Assembly (NCBI GenBank): GCA_007116755.1
Contig: SKHU01000053.1
Location: forward strand, 1-30,369
DNA: 30,369 nucleotides
Direction of reading: 5' to 3'
Origin: Alphaproteobacteria bacterium
GTDB taxonomy: Bacteria; Pseudomonadota; Alphaproteobacteria; Micavibrionales; CSBR16-224
A program made the translations under genes and the position numbers. Positions 1 through 7,419 of this stretch are shown here, piece after piece; position 1 is the stretch's first letter; the number at the start of each line of letters is the position of its first letter. The notes beneath the pieces are model-generated. The model did not search any database. It was not told where the DNA came from and saw only the letters and a list, made by a program, of their open reading frames with translations.

Positions 1-1971
1 AAGACCAATTTTACGCTCTGGCCCTGGCAGGCCGAACGCTTTCATCATCGGACGCGACAGCCAAGGATCATGGCCGGGATCGGGCGGCCATGTACCTTCG
101 TTCAGCCCGCCGAGAATGACCAGATCGGCACTGTAAAGCCGCGCCTCCATCTGGCCGAGAATTGCCAGCCGTGGATGCAGGCTGTAGCGCGGACGCACAA
201 CGGCGGTTTTCATCAGATTTTGCAGCAGTGACATATATTGCGTGACCCTCAGATCAGGGACATCACCGGCAAAATCGCTAATGTCCTGAAAAAAACGTGC
301 CGCCGCTTCCCCGTCATCGCCGCGCCAAAGGCGCTCCGCCCCCGCCTTTTCCGGCGTTGCGGCCAGCGTTTCGGCTGCCGCAAGATGCGCAGCAATCCAT
401 GACGGCAAAGGCTGCGTGTCGCCGCATACGCATAAATCACGGAAAGGTGCAAGCGCCTCCGTCACGGATGTCCAGCCGCGCAATGCGGCTTCTCCCGCTT
501 CCGGATTCTGCACCTTTATTTTTTCAAAAGCGGCAGGGATTTCAGCGGGCGTGACGCTGCGCAGCGTCCTGTCCAGCATGTTCTGCCATATTCTCATTTC
601 TTCGGGCTGCATAGCGGCTGTTGCAAGCGGATGGCGCAGGCAGGACAGAAGCGCGACGGGGCTGTTCATATCCCGCGCCGCATCGGCAGCCAGCAAAAGA
701 AATCGTCCTGCATCCGTTTCAGGCAGCGCCCGCCCCGCAGAATCGTCGCAGGTAATATCCCAACGGCGCAAACAGGCCTGCACGCGCGCCGAGAGATTGC
801 GGTCTGGCGTGACAAGAACGGCGGTTTTGCCCGGTGTTTCCAATGCACCGCGCATGGCCAGCGCAATCACAAAGGCTTCGTCCTGCGCGGTTTCGCAATC
901 GATTTTGCGCAAATTTTTCAGTGCGGTTTCCTTGATAATATCGCTGTTTTTTAGACGGCGCCAGCCATCGCTGGTCACGGCCGGACGCATGGCCTCGCTG
1001 ATAAAAGCCGCGACAGACGTTTCCGCCTCTGCACTTGGCCAGGGCGCGACATCACGGCGCTGCACCTCCAGATGTTCCAGCAGCAGTTTCAGATAAAATT
1101 GCGGATGGTCGTCGGCAATATGCGGCCAGTCCTCTTCTTCCGCCAGAACATCCAGCCCCGGCAAGACAAGCATGGCCTCCGGCAGATCGACAGCGGCCTT
1201 GATCAGGTCGCGCACGGCGGGAACAGAGCCGGTAATCCCCGCAACGACCAGTTTCTGGCGCGGCGGCTGCTTTTGCCAGAGACGCGTTTGCGCTTCCAGC
1301 AGACGGTTGCGGCGCTCGGCGGGATCAATCATACCAAGCTCGGCCAGAATATGAGGCCAGTGCTGCGTGACAATCGCAAGAAAATCCAGCGTCAATTGCC
1401 AGTGCGCGGCAAATTTTTCTTCTGTGACAAGTGTTTGCAACCTGTCAAAACCGCAGCGCTCCGTTTGCACCTCATCCAGAAATTTGCTGAGCTCCGCCGC
1501 AAGAGACAGTGCCTGTTCGTAAGAACCGGCGGCAGATGCGTCTTTTTTCGCCGCAGCATAAATGATACGTGCCAAAAGAATTTGGCGGTGCAGCGGCGTA
1601 ATCGCCGGCCGAACATCAAAAATATTTTTTGCCTCCGCTTCGCCGCCTTCGCCGTCATGTTCTGCCAGAGTTGCGGAAAGCAAAATCTCCAGCGCATCAT
1701 CATCGACATCACCGACAGATTGCATACGCGGCAGCAGCAGCGGTGCGCCGTCCGTCAGGCGCAAAAACGCCTCGCGCAGACTGCGGCAGGCGCGGCGACC
1801 GGGCAGCAGCACCAGATATTCGGTCAGGTGCAACGGATTGCCGTCCGCCCAGCCCAGCATGGTCTCCGCAAGCCTGTCCACAAAAGAGACACCGGGCGGA
1901 ATATTAAAGACGGGCGGCGCGCCTTTGTTCCGCTGTCCGGCAATCAGATCGTGAAAAGACGGTGTTGTCAT
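1..1971 (-). CDS. addB: Double-strand break repair protein AddB (5' part; runs off the left edge)
   Basis: Not in the ORF track because no stop lies in the window. Manual translation from ATG at 1971 gives MTTPSFHDLIAGQRNKGAPPVFNIPPGVSFVDRLA...LLPGRRACRSLREAFLRL...LLLPRMQSVGDVDDD. Positions 60->1 read LSRPMMKAFGLPGPERKIGL in the same frame. Both are typical alphaproteobacterial AddB segments. ATGA overlap with the upstream gene. Confidence 0.93.
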   Translation of the reverse strand, partial: MTTPSFHDLIAGQRNKGAPPVFNIPPGVSFVDRLAETMLGWADGNPLHLTEYLVLLPGRRACRSLREAFLRLTDGAPLLLPRMQSVGDVDDDALEILLSATLAEHDGEGGEAEAKNIFDVRPAITPLHRQILLARIIYAAAKKDASAAGSYEQALSLAAELSKFLDEVQTERCGFDRLQTLVTEEKFAAHWQLTLDFLAIVTQHWPHILAELGMIDPAERRNRLLEAQTRLWQKQPPRQKLVVAGITGSVPAVRDLIKAAVDLPEAMLVLPGLDVLAEEEDWPHIADDHPQFYLKLLLEHLEVQRRDVAPWPSAEAETSVAAFISEAMRPAVTSDGWRRLKNSDIIKETALKNLRKIDCETAQDEAFVIALAMRGALETPGKTAVLVTPDRNLSARVQACLRRWDITCDDSAGRALPETDAGRFLLLAADAARDMNSPVALLSCLRHPLATAAMQPEEMRIWQNMLDRTLRSVTPAEIPAAFEKIKVQNPEAGEAALRGWTSVTEALAPFRDLCVCGDTQPLPSWIAAHLAAAETLAATPEKAGAERLWRGDDGEAAARFFQDISDFAGDVPDLRVTQYMSLLQNLMKTAVVRPRYSLHPRLAILGQMEARLYSADLVILGGLNEGTWPPDPGHDPWLSRPMMKAFGLPGPERKIGL

Positions 1972-2708
1972 TGCGCCAGACTCTGCTGTTCCGGCAGTCT
2001 GCGATATGCGGCATCAATCTGTGCGAGATCCTCCGGCGTTCCGGCATGGTGCCACGCGCCCTGATGCACAAAACCGTAAAGCCGCCCTGCTGCTTCGGCT
2101 TTATGGAACAAATCGAGAAAAGAGAATGCGCCGTCCGGCACATCGTCGAACAGATGCGGCGCAACGATGCGGGGACCGGAAAACACGTATTCACCGCCGC
2201 TGCGGTGATGTATTTTCCCATCCGCATCCATATCATAATCTCCTTTTAAACCGCTGGAATCCGGCAGTTTTATACGCGGATACAGCATCAGGAGGAGATC
2301 GGCCTGTGCGGAATTCCAGCTTTCGGCCAAACCGTCCAAAGCCGGGACGCGCCCCGGAAAATCCTGCCAGATTACATCGCCGTTCAGAACATAAAAAGGC
2401 TGGTTATCAATGAATTGCATCGCGTTCTTCGTGCCGCCGCCTGTCTCCAGTATGTCCGGTTCGTAAACGGTCGTGATCTGCAAATCCGTGCGTTTTGCGC
2501 AATGTTCCGCAATCTGTTCGGCCAGATAATGCATATTGACAACGGCGTGTTTTACCCCTGCTGCAACAAGCGCGTCAAAAATGCGGTCAAGAATACTGCG
2601 TCCGCCGACCTCCAAAAGCGGTTTCGGACGATTTTCGGTCAAAGGCATCATGCGGCGGCCAAACCCTGCTGCCAGCACCACAGCCTGTTGCGGTTTTTCT
2701 GCCGTCAT
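1968..2708 (-). CDS. murU: Nucleotidyltransferase family protein, MurNAc-alpha-1-P uridylyltransferase (MurU-like)
   Basis: AVVLAAGFGRRMMPLTENRPKPLLEVGG signature, LETGGG, W-H-x-GTPEDL-type C-terminus (WHHAGTPEDL). Canonical position between tsaE and addB. Confidence 0.85.
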   Translation of the reverse strand: MTAEKPQQAVVLAAGFGRRMMPLTENRPKPLLEVGGRSILDRIFDALVAAGVKHAVVNMHYLAEQIAEHCAKRTDLQITTVYEPDILETGGGTKNAMQFIDNQPFYVLNGDVIWQDFPGRVPALDGLAESWNSAQADLLLMLYPRIKLPDSSGLKGDYDMDADGKIHHRSGGEYVFSGPRIVAPHLFDDVPDGAFSFLDLFHKAEAAGRLYGFVHQGAWHHAGTPEDLAQIDAAYRRLPEQQSLAQ

Positions 2709-3199
2709 CCTGCCCCGTCCCCGCTCTTGCCGTTAATTTCGCATCTTTCCGTCATTGCATCACCGCCCGAATAAACAAATATATCTCTTAAATCAGTATC
2801 TTGACTGGAAAACTTAAACTGAATTTTTAAAAAGTTATCCGGCATATATGCGCCAAGACGCTCCGGCCATTCTATCAGGGAAACAGCCGAGGTTAAAGCC
2901 TCATCCCAGCCGATTTCCAGCATTTCATCGGCATCTTCCAGCCGGTAGAGGTCAAAATGCCAGACCTCCCCCTTCGGCGTTTCATATTGCTGCACCAGTG
3001 TAAATGTCGGGCTGGGAACTTCCATCTCGGGATTTTGCGCAAGATGCCGCAGAAAAACACGGGCAAACGCCGTTTTCCCCGCGCCCAGATCGCCCTCGAG
3101 CAGGACAACGTCACCTTTTTGCACGATACCTGCCAGATTTTCAGCAATATACTGCAAATCCGCAAGCGTCTGGTTTTCGTAAATATATATATTTTTCAT
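2705..3199 (-). CDS. tsaE: tRNA threonylcarbamoyladenosine biosynthesis ATPase TsaE
   Basis: LLEGDLGAGKTAFAR (Walker A), EVPSPTFTLVQQY, HFDLYRL, LIEWPERL. Start reassigned to ATG at 3199 (MKNIYIYE); the ORF-track extension to 3700 is antisense to the neighbouring gene. ATGA overlap with murU. Confidence 0.95.
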   Translation of the reverse strand: MKNIYIYENQTLADLQYIAENLAGIVQKGDVVLLEGDLGAGKTAFARVFLRHLAQNPEMEVPSPTFTLVQQYETPKGEVWHFDLYRLEDADEMLEIGWDEALTSAVSLIEWPERLGAYMPDNFLKIQFKFSSQDTDLRDIFVYSGGDAMTERCEINGKSGDGAG

Positions 3200-3274
3200 A
3201 TTGATTTTACCCGCTCTGTCTGCTACACTGGCCGCGCAACCGGTACTATAGCGCAGAGATGTGAAAACGAAAAT

Positions 3275-3703
3275 ATGAATTGGCTGAAAGATATTTTTAA
3301 CTGCAACAGTTTCCCGCGGACGATTTCCGCCCTGCCCTCTGAAGGCCCCGGCTATGAGGTGCGCAATCTGTGTGGAAGAGATGTGACCGATTATAACTAT
3401 GACGACTATCGTTACCAGCTTTACGCGCGACGTAGCAAAGGGCGGGAATACGATATTTTTGTCAAATTTAATAACGGCAGTTTTGACAGTGGTCGCGCAA
3501 TGCTCCGTTGCGGCGTAGCACTGAATGACGCAATCGGGATTATCCGCGGATATGACGACAAGGTAACCGCAAAACGTTTGGGTAATTTGCCAAAACAGGA
3601 TCACGCAGCCTATGCTAAACGGTTTATCGATCCGAAACGCGGGCGCAACAACGTACGCCGCGTACAAAACCGCCTGACGATTGCCAACCCTTACGGGCAT
3701 TGA
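3275..3703 (+). CDS. Hypothetical protein, paralog 1 of 4-gene tandem family (142 aa)
   Basis: Start reassigned to ATG 3275 (MNWLKDIFNCNSFPRTISALP) because it aligns with the N-termini of the other three. Ends RGRNNVRRVQNRLTIANPYGH. Confidence 0.85.
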   Translation: MNWLKDIFNCNSFPRTISALPSEGPGYEVRNLCGRDVTDYNYDDYRYQLYARRSKGREYDIFVKFNNGSFDSGRAMLRCGVALNDAIGIIRGYDDKVTAKRLGNLPKQDHAAYAKRFIDPKRGRNNVRRVQNRLTIANPYGH

Positions 3704-3726
3704 AAATTTAAAAACACAGGAAATTG

Positions 3727-4152
3727 ATGTTTGATTTTATAAAAGACGCCTTCAACTGCAACGCCTATCCGCGCCGCATTACCTCTTTGCCAGAAACGCG
3801 CCGTGGGGAGGCTATTCAAGCGGAAACCGGCGCATTTTTACGCTGGAGCAGTCTGGATTATGAAATGCAGTTTTATGCGTCACGCAATGATGACCGTAGC
3901 TATGATATCAAATGTTTTTTTCATTCCACCGGACAGGATGCGCGCAGCACATTACTGCAAAAAAGCGTTCCGCTGGACAAGGCGATTACGATTATCCGCG
4001 GCTATGACGACCGGGCAACCAAAGCGCAAATGGAGCAAAACAAATATGTCGATTTCAGCCTGCGCCGTGAAAAAATCGACAAATTGCGTAAGCGCCACAA
4101 TGTGCGTCGTGTGCAAAGCCGTTTGACGCAATCCAACCCGATGCGGCATTGA
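3727..4152 (+). CDS. Hypothetical protein, paralog 2 of 4 (141 aa)
   Basis: MFDFIKDAFNCNAYPRRITSLP...RKRHNVRRVQSRLTQSNPMRH. AGGA RBS 5 nt before ATG 3727 (the track starts at TTG 3724). Confidence 0.85.
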   Translation: MFDFIKDAFNCNAYPRRITSLPETRRGEAIQAETGAFLRWSSLDYEMQFYASRNDDRSYDIKCFFHSTGQDARSTLLQKSVPLDKAITIIRGYDDRATKAQMEQNKYVDFSLRREKIDKLRKRHNVRRVQSRLTQSNPMRH

Positions 4153-4183
4153 TCATCGGAAGGGGAGAGAGAGAAATATTCAA

Positions 4184-4645
4184 ATGCTGAAAAATTTTTT
4201 TAAAGACATTTTCAATACGAATGCCTTTCCGCGCACTATTGCCGCGTTGCCGGAGCGCTATCACAGTGTTGCCGAAGTCAATGAGCGCGCAGGGAAGAAG
4301 CATTTTGTCAACTGGTACGGGCTGGACAGATATGACTGCCGCTTTTATGCCCGGCGCTGTAAGGACAATAAATACGAAATCCGGTTTTCCTGCGAATCCA
4401 TGGAGAACGTGATGGGGGAAAGCTATTACCACAAAAGAGTACTGCGCCTGATGAAAAATATCCCCTTAAGCGATGCCATCCGCATTATCCAGCAATTTGA
4501 CGAGGAGGCGCTTGAAATCAACCGCAAGCAACTCGAAACTCTGCCGGAGAAAAAAAGGGAAAAGAAAATCGAAAGGAAACGCGGGCGCAACAATGTCCGC
4601 CGCGCACAGAAACGTCTGACGGCCGCCAATCCGTACAGGCATTAA
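4184..4645 (+). CDS. Hypothetical protein, paralog 3 of 4 (153 aa)
   Basis: MLKNFFKDIFNTNAFPRTIAALP...RGRNNVRRAQKRLTAANPYRH. Purine-rich RBS region upstream. Confidence 0.85.
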   Translation: MLKNFFKDIFNTNAFPRTIAALPERYHSVAEVNERAGKKHFVNWYGLDRYDCRFYARRCKDNKYEIRFSCESMENVMGESYYHKRVLRLMKNIPLSDAIRIIQQFDEEALEINRKQLETLPEKKREKKIERKRGRNNVRRAQKRLTAANPYRH

Positions 4646-4676
4646 CTTATAAAAAAAGCAGCAAAGGGGAAGATAA

Positions 4677-5078
4677 ATGCTGAAATACTTGAAGAACCTG
4701 TTTAACAACAGCGCCTATCCGCGAAAGATCACCGCGCTGCCGGATTACAAAAACGGCCGCGCATTAAACAAACAATTCGGGCAGCGTGTTGCCGTCTATG
4801 AAAACGAACATTACCGCTGTCAGTATTACGCCAAACGCACAGGCAATAACAGCTATGATCTGCGGCTATCCATCAGTGCGGTTTATCTGGCCGGATACGG
4901 AACGACCGTTACAGACAGATCGACATTGCAGTTGAAAAGCAATGTCACGCTGAATGACGCGCTTGCCTTTGTTAAAAAACAGGATGCACGGGCGGAGAAA
5001 AATCGGCCGAATGACGGAAAATATCGTCCGCGCAACAATGTCCGCCGCGTCGAGGCACGTCTGCCGCCCCGCCACTAG
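4677..5078 (+). CDS. Hypothetical protein, paralog 4 of 4 (133 aa)
   Basis: MLKYLKNLFNNSAYPRKITALP...RPRNNVRRVEARLPPRH. AAGGGGA RBS upstream. Confidence 0.85.
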   Translation: MLKYLKNLFNNSAYPRKITALPDYKNGRALNKQFGQRVAVYENEHYRCQYYAKRTGNNSYDLRLSISAVYLAGYGTTVTDRSTLQLKSNVTLNDALAFVKKQDARAEKNRPNDGKYRPRNNVRRVEARLPPRH

Positions 5079-5090
5079 AATTGCAGAACA

Positions 5091-5136
5091 AAACATCCCG
5101 GAATGGTAGAGGAGATTTTTGCTGTTCCGGATTTTT
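5091..5136 (+). terminator. Putative intrinsic terminator closing the paralog array
   Basis: ATCC(C)GGAATGGTAGAGG-AGA-TTTTTGCTGTTCCGGAT forms a long helix with several G-U pairs on the + strand, followed by TTTTT, starting about 12 nt after the paralog-4 stop. Confidence 0.45.
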
Positions 5137-5187
5137 CTATGCCTCCCCCAAAAAATATATATTTATGAATCTGATAATTAGTCTGTT

Positions 5188-5202
5188 TGGCACGGAATTT
5201 GC
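5188..5202 (+). promoter_or_regulatory. Sigma54 (RpoN) -24/-12 promoter of the fliK-flgD-flgE operon
   Basis: TGGCACGGAATTTGC matches TGGCAC-N5-TTGC, with GG (5189-90) and GC (5201-02) 12 nt apart, 75 nt upstream of fliK. Hook genes are sigma54-dependent in Caulobacter-type hierarchies. Confidence 0.85.
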
Positions 5203-5276
5203 GTTTTATTTCCGTGCGGAGAGATTTTCTTACCCTCTTCGCGGAAAACTGAGAATATTTGAAGGAAGAAACATAA

Positions 5277-6641
5277 ATGATACCGGCAGATCACATGGCT
5301 GCGACTTTCTTTCCGGCGCAAAAATCAGGATCGCCCGCTCAGGCCGGAGCGCCCGGGAAAGAGCGCGCTGCGCCATCCGGTAACGGTTTGCCGGAATTTA
5401 TCGAGAGTCTGATTGAAAATCTGCAAACGGAGATCAATGTCGACAGCCCTTCCTCTCCTGCACCTGTTCCACAAAATTTAAAAGACAATCTTGACCTGCT
5501 GCACAAATTGCTGCGGGAAAATTTTGCCGGAGAATTGCCCGAGGAATATGCGGAGGGGGAATTTGATCGCGAGGCTTTGCTGAATGCATTGCTGGGAGCT
5601 TCCGGAATGAAGCTTGAGAATACGGGCACAGATGCAGATACGAAACCATCGCCCAAACCGGGGACGTACGGACAATTGAACGCTGTTCTTGCACAATTGC
5701 TTGCCCAAATGCAGACAGCCCCGCAGCAGCAGCCTTCTCCCGTCAGCACGGATGTGTCTGGGCAAAATCTGCCCCCTGCGTCGCAATCTCCTGCATTTTC
5801 GGCATTTCAGGCATTGGCGGCGGATGCCGGTCTTGATGCGGAATTGGCGGAGAAAATACCGCACACAGTCCCGGGGCAGAAAACAAAGGCGCAAATATCG
5901 GCGCAAACACAGTCTCAACCGGCGCAAATACTGCAACAGCAACCCTCGCCCGCGCCTCAGGCGCAAAATACGGGAAGCGGCCAGCAAATGGTGCAGCACA
6001 CCCCTGCCCCGCCGCCTCCGGCGCTGAATTTTGAGGGCAGTTTTTTTAGCGGTGAGGGTTTTAACGGAGATTTCCATCAACACAATGCCGGACAATACAC
6101 AATCGACGGGCAGAGCGGTGCGCAGCATGGTGTAAAAACCGGACAAAACCCCGCGCTTTCCACAATGGTTGCGGCGAAGGCCGCGGGAAGCTTTCAATCT
6201 CCCGCCAGTCACAGAATTATGCTGAATATCCAGCGCGGTGCGTCCGAGCATATCCGGCAAATGACATTGCATCTGGAGCCTGCCCTTATGGGGCGCGTGG
6301 CGGTCACAATGAATTTCGGCAAAAACGGCTTGATGAAGGCGCATCTTTTGGTCGAAAAGCCCGACACCTACAACTTGCTGCAAAAAGATGCCCAGGCTTT
6401 GGAGAAAGCTTTGAAAGAGGCGGGACTGGATCTGGAAGATAACGCGCTCAGCTTTGATCTCGCCGCAGGAGATAATCCGTTCGAGCAGGCGGAAAACGAA
6501 AAAGAAGGCGGGAAAGATTTTCTGTTGCATCTGCCCGCGGAAGACGGCGCGGATGATCTGCTCGACCCGCTTCTGGCTGCCCAGCAATCGGCCAATGAAA
6601 ACGGTTATATTTTAAGAGATAAGGTGAATATCCTCATATAA
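5277..6641 (+). CDS. fliK: Flagellar hook-length control protein FliK
   Basis: Q/P/A-rich low-complexity N-terminal region, then C-terminal domain MTLHLEPALMGRVAVTM...LLVEKPDTYNLLQKDAQALEKALKEAGL. Directly upstream of flgD-flgE. Confidence 0.9.
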   Translation: MIPADHMAATFFPAQKSGSPAQAGAPGKERAAPSGNGLPEFIESLIENLQTEINVDSPSSPAPVPQNLKDNLDLLHKLLRENFAGELPEEYAEGEFDREALLNALLGASGMKLENTGTDADTKPSPKPGTYGQLNAVLAQLLAQMQTAPQQQPSPVSTDVSGQNLPPASQSPAFSAFQALAADAGLDAELAEKIPHTVPGQKTKAQISAQTQSQPAQILQQQPSPAPQAQNTGSGQQMVQHTPAPPPPALNFEGSFFSGEGFNGDFHQHNAGQYTIDGQSGAQHGVKTGQNPALSTMVAAKAAGSFQSPASHRIMLNIQRGASEHIRQMTLHLEPALMGRVAVTMNFGKNGLMKAHLLVEKPDTYNLLQKDAQALEKALKEAGLDLEDNALSFDLAAGDNPFEQAENEKEGGKDFLLHLPAEDGADDLLDPLLAAQQSANENGYILRDKVNILI

Positions 6642-6666
6642 GAATATAAAAAAGGAGAGATGAGTT

Positions 6667-7344
6667 ATGGACGATATCAGTGCAATTTCAAATATCAATG
6701 TGCCGGGGGCAACATCCCGCGCTGATGCGGCAACGCTGAACAAGGATTTTGATGATTTCCTGCTTTTGCTGACAACGCAGCTGCGCAATCAGGACCCGCT
6801 GTCTCCGCTGGAGGCAACGGAGTTTACCAACCAGCTTGTCGCGTTTTCCGGTGTTGAGCAGCAGATCAAGACAAATGAAATGCTGTCCAATCTTCTGGCG
6901 CTGAATGTTCTTAACATTACACAGATCGGTCTCGGCTTTATCGGGCTGGATGTCGAGCGGGGCGGAAATTCACTGCTGTTTGACGGTGAAACGCCTCTGA
7001 ATATCGGCTACAGCCTCGACAGCAGCGTTGTCAAATCGACAATCAATATCATGGATGAAAACGGCAATACGGTGCTGAGCATTCCCGGCGAAAGTGGCGG
7101 CGGCAAGCACAGCTACACATGGAACGGTCTGAGCCCCGACGGCAGCCCGCTTCCTGCCGGAAAATACCGTGTCAGCGTTGCCGCCTTTGATGCGGAAAAC
7201 AAACCCGTGACCGTACAAACGACCGTTCCCAGCCGCATTGTCGGGATAGAATCCGGTGATAGCGGCGACGTTATCCTGATTACGGCCGGCGGCGAAAAAG
7301 TTTCGATTACCGAGGTGCGCAAGGCCATGTTGCCCGGCGCATAA
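6667..7344 (+). CDS. flgD: Flagellar hook assembly (cap) protein FlgD
   Basis: DFDDFLLLLTTQLRNQDPLSPLEATEFTNQLVAFSGVEQQIKTN; C-terminal Ig/Fn-like part with YTWNG...LPAGKYRVSV. Confidence 0.96.
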   Translation: MDDISAISNINVPGATSRADAATLNKDFDDFLLLLTTQLRNQDPLSPLEATEFTNQLVAFSGVEQQIKTNEMLSNLLALNVLNITQIGLGFIGLDVERGGNSLLFDGETPLNIGYSLDSSVVKSTINIMDENGNTVLSIPGESGGGKHSYTWNGLSPDGSPLPAGKYRVSVAAFDAENKPVTVQTTVPSRIVGIESGDSGDVILITAGGEKVSITEVRKAMLPGA

Positions 7345-7419
7345 CAGTATTCCATTAACTTAAAAATATGAACGCACACAGATAAAACGAACGACAAAAA
7401 CACAGAAGGAGACTAAAAA

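Noticed and set aside
1072-2064. 330-aa plus-strand ORF
   Set aside because: Shadow of addB; no recognisable motifs.
2957-3274. N-terminal extension of paralog 1 (248-aa ORF)
   Set aside because: Antisense to tsaE; the family N-terminal motif starts at ATG 3275.
2705-3700. 331-aa minus-strand ORF suggesting a TsaE with a long N-terminal extension
   Set aside because: The extension is antisense to paralog 1, whose frame is supported by homology to three neighbours. TsaE homology begins near Met 3199.
3952-5096. Antisense ORFs in the array that resemble each other (MPHRVGLRQ…, MPVRIGGRQ…, …VAGRQTCLDAADIV)
   Set aside because: They are mirror images of the conserved sense-strand C-terminal codons; the terminal His codon CAT reads as ATG on the other strand. 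There is no independent evidence of coding.
5700-6030. Q/P/A-rich stretch in fliK as a tandem repeat or contingency locus
   Set aside because: Low complexity is normal for the FliK ruler region; no discrete repeat unit or slippage tract is visible.
4640-7365. CATTAACTTA at ~4641 and ~7353 as CtrA boxes
   Set aside because: Only single TTAAC half-sites; no TTAA-N7-TTAA spacing was found.
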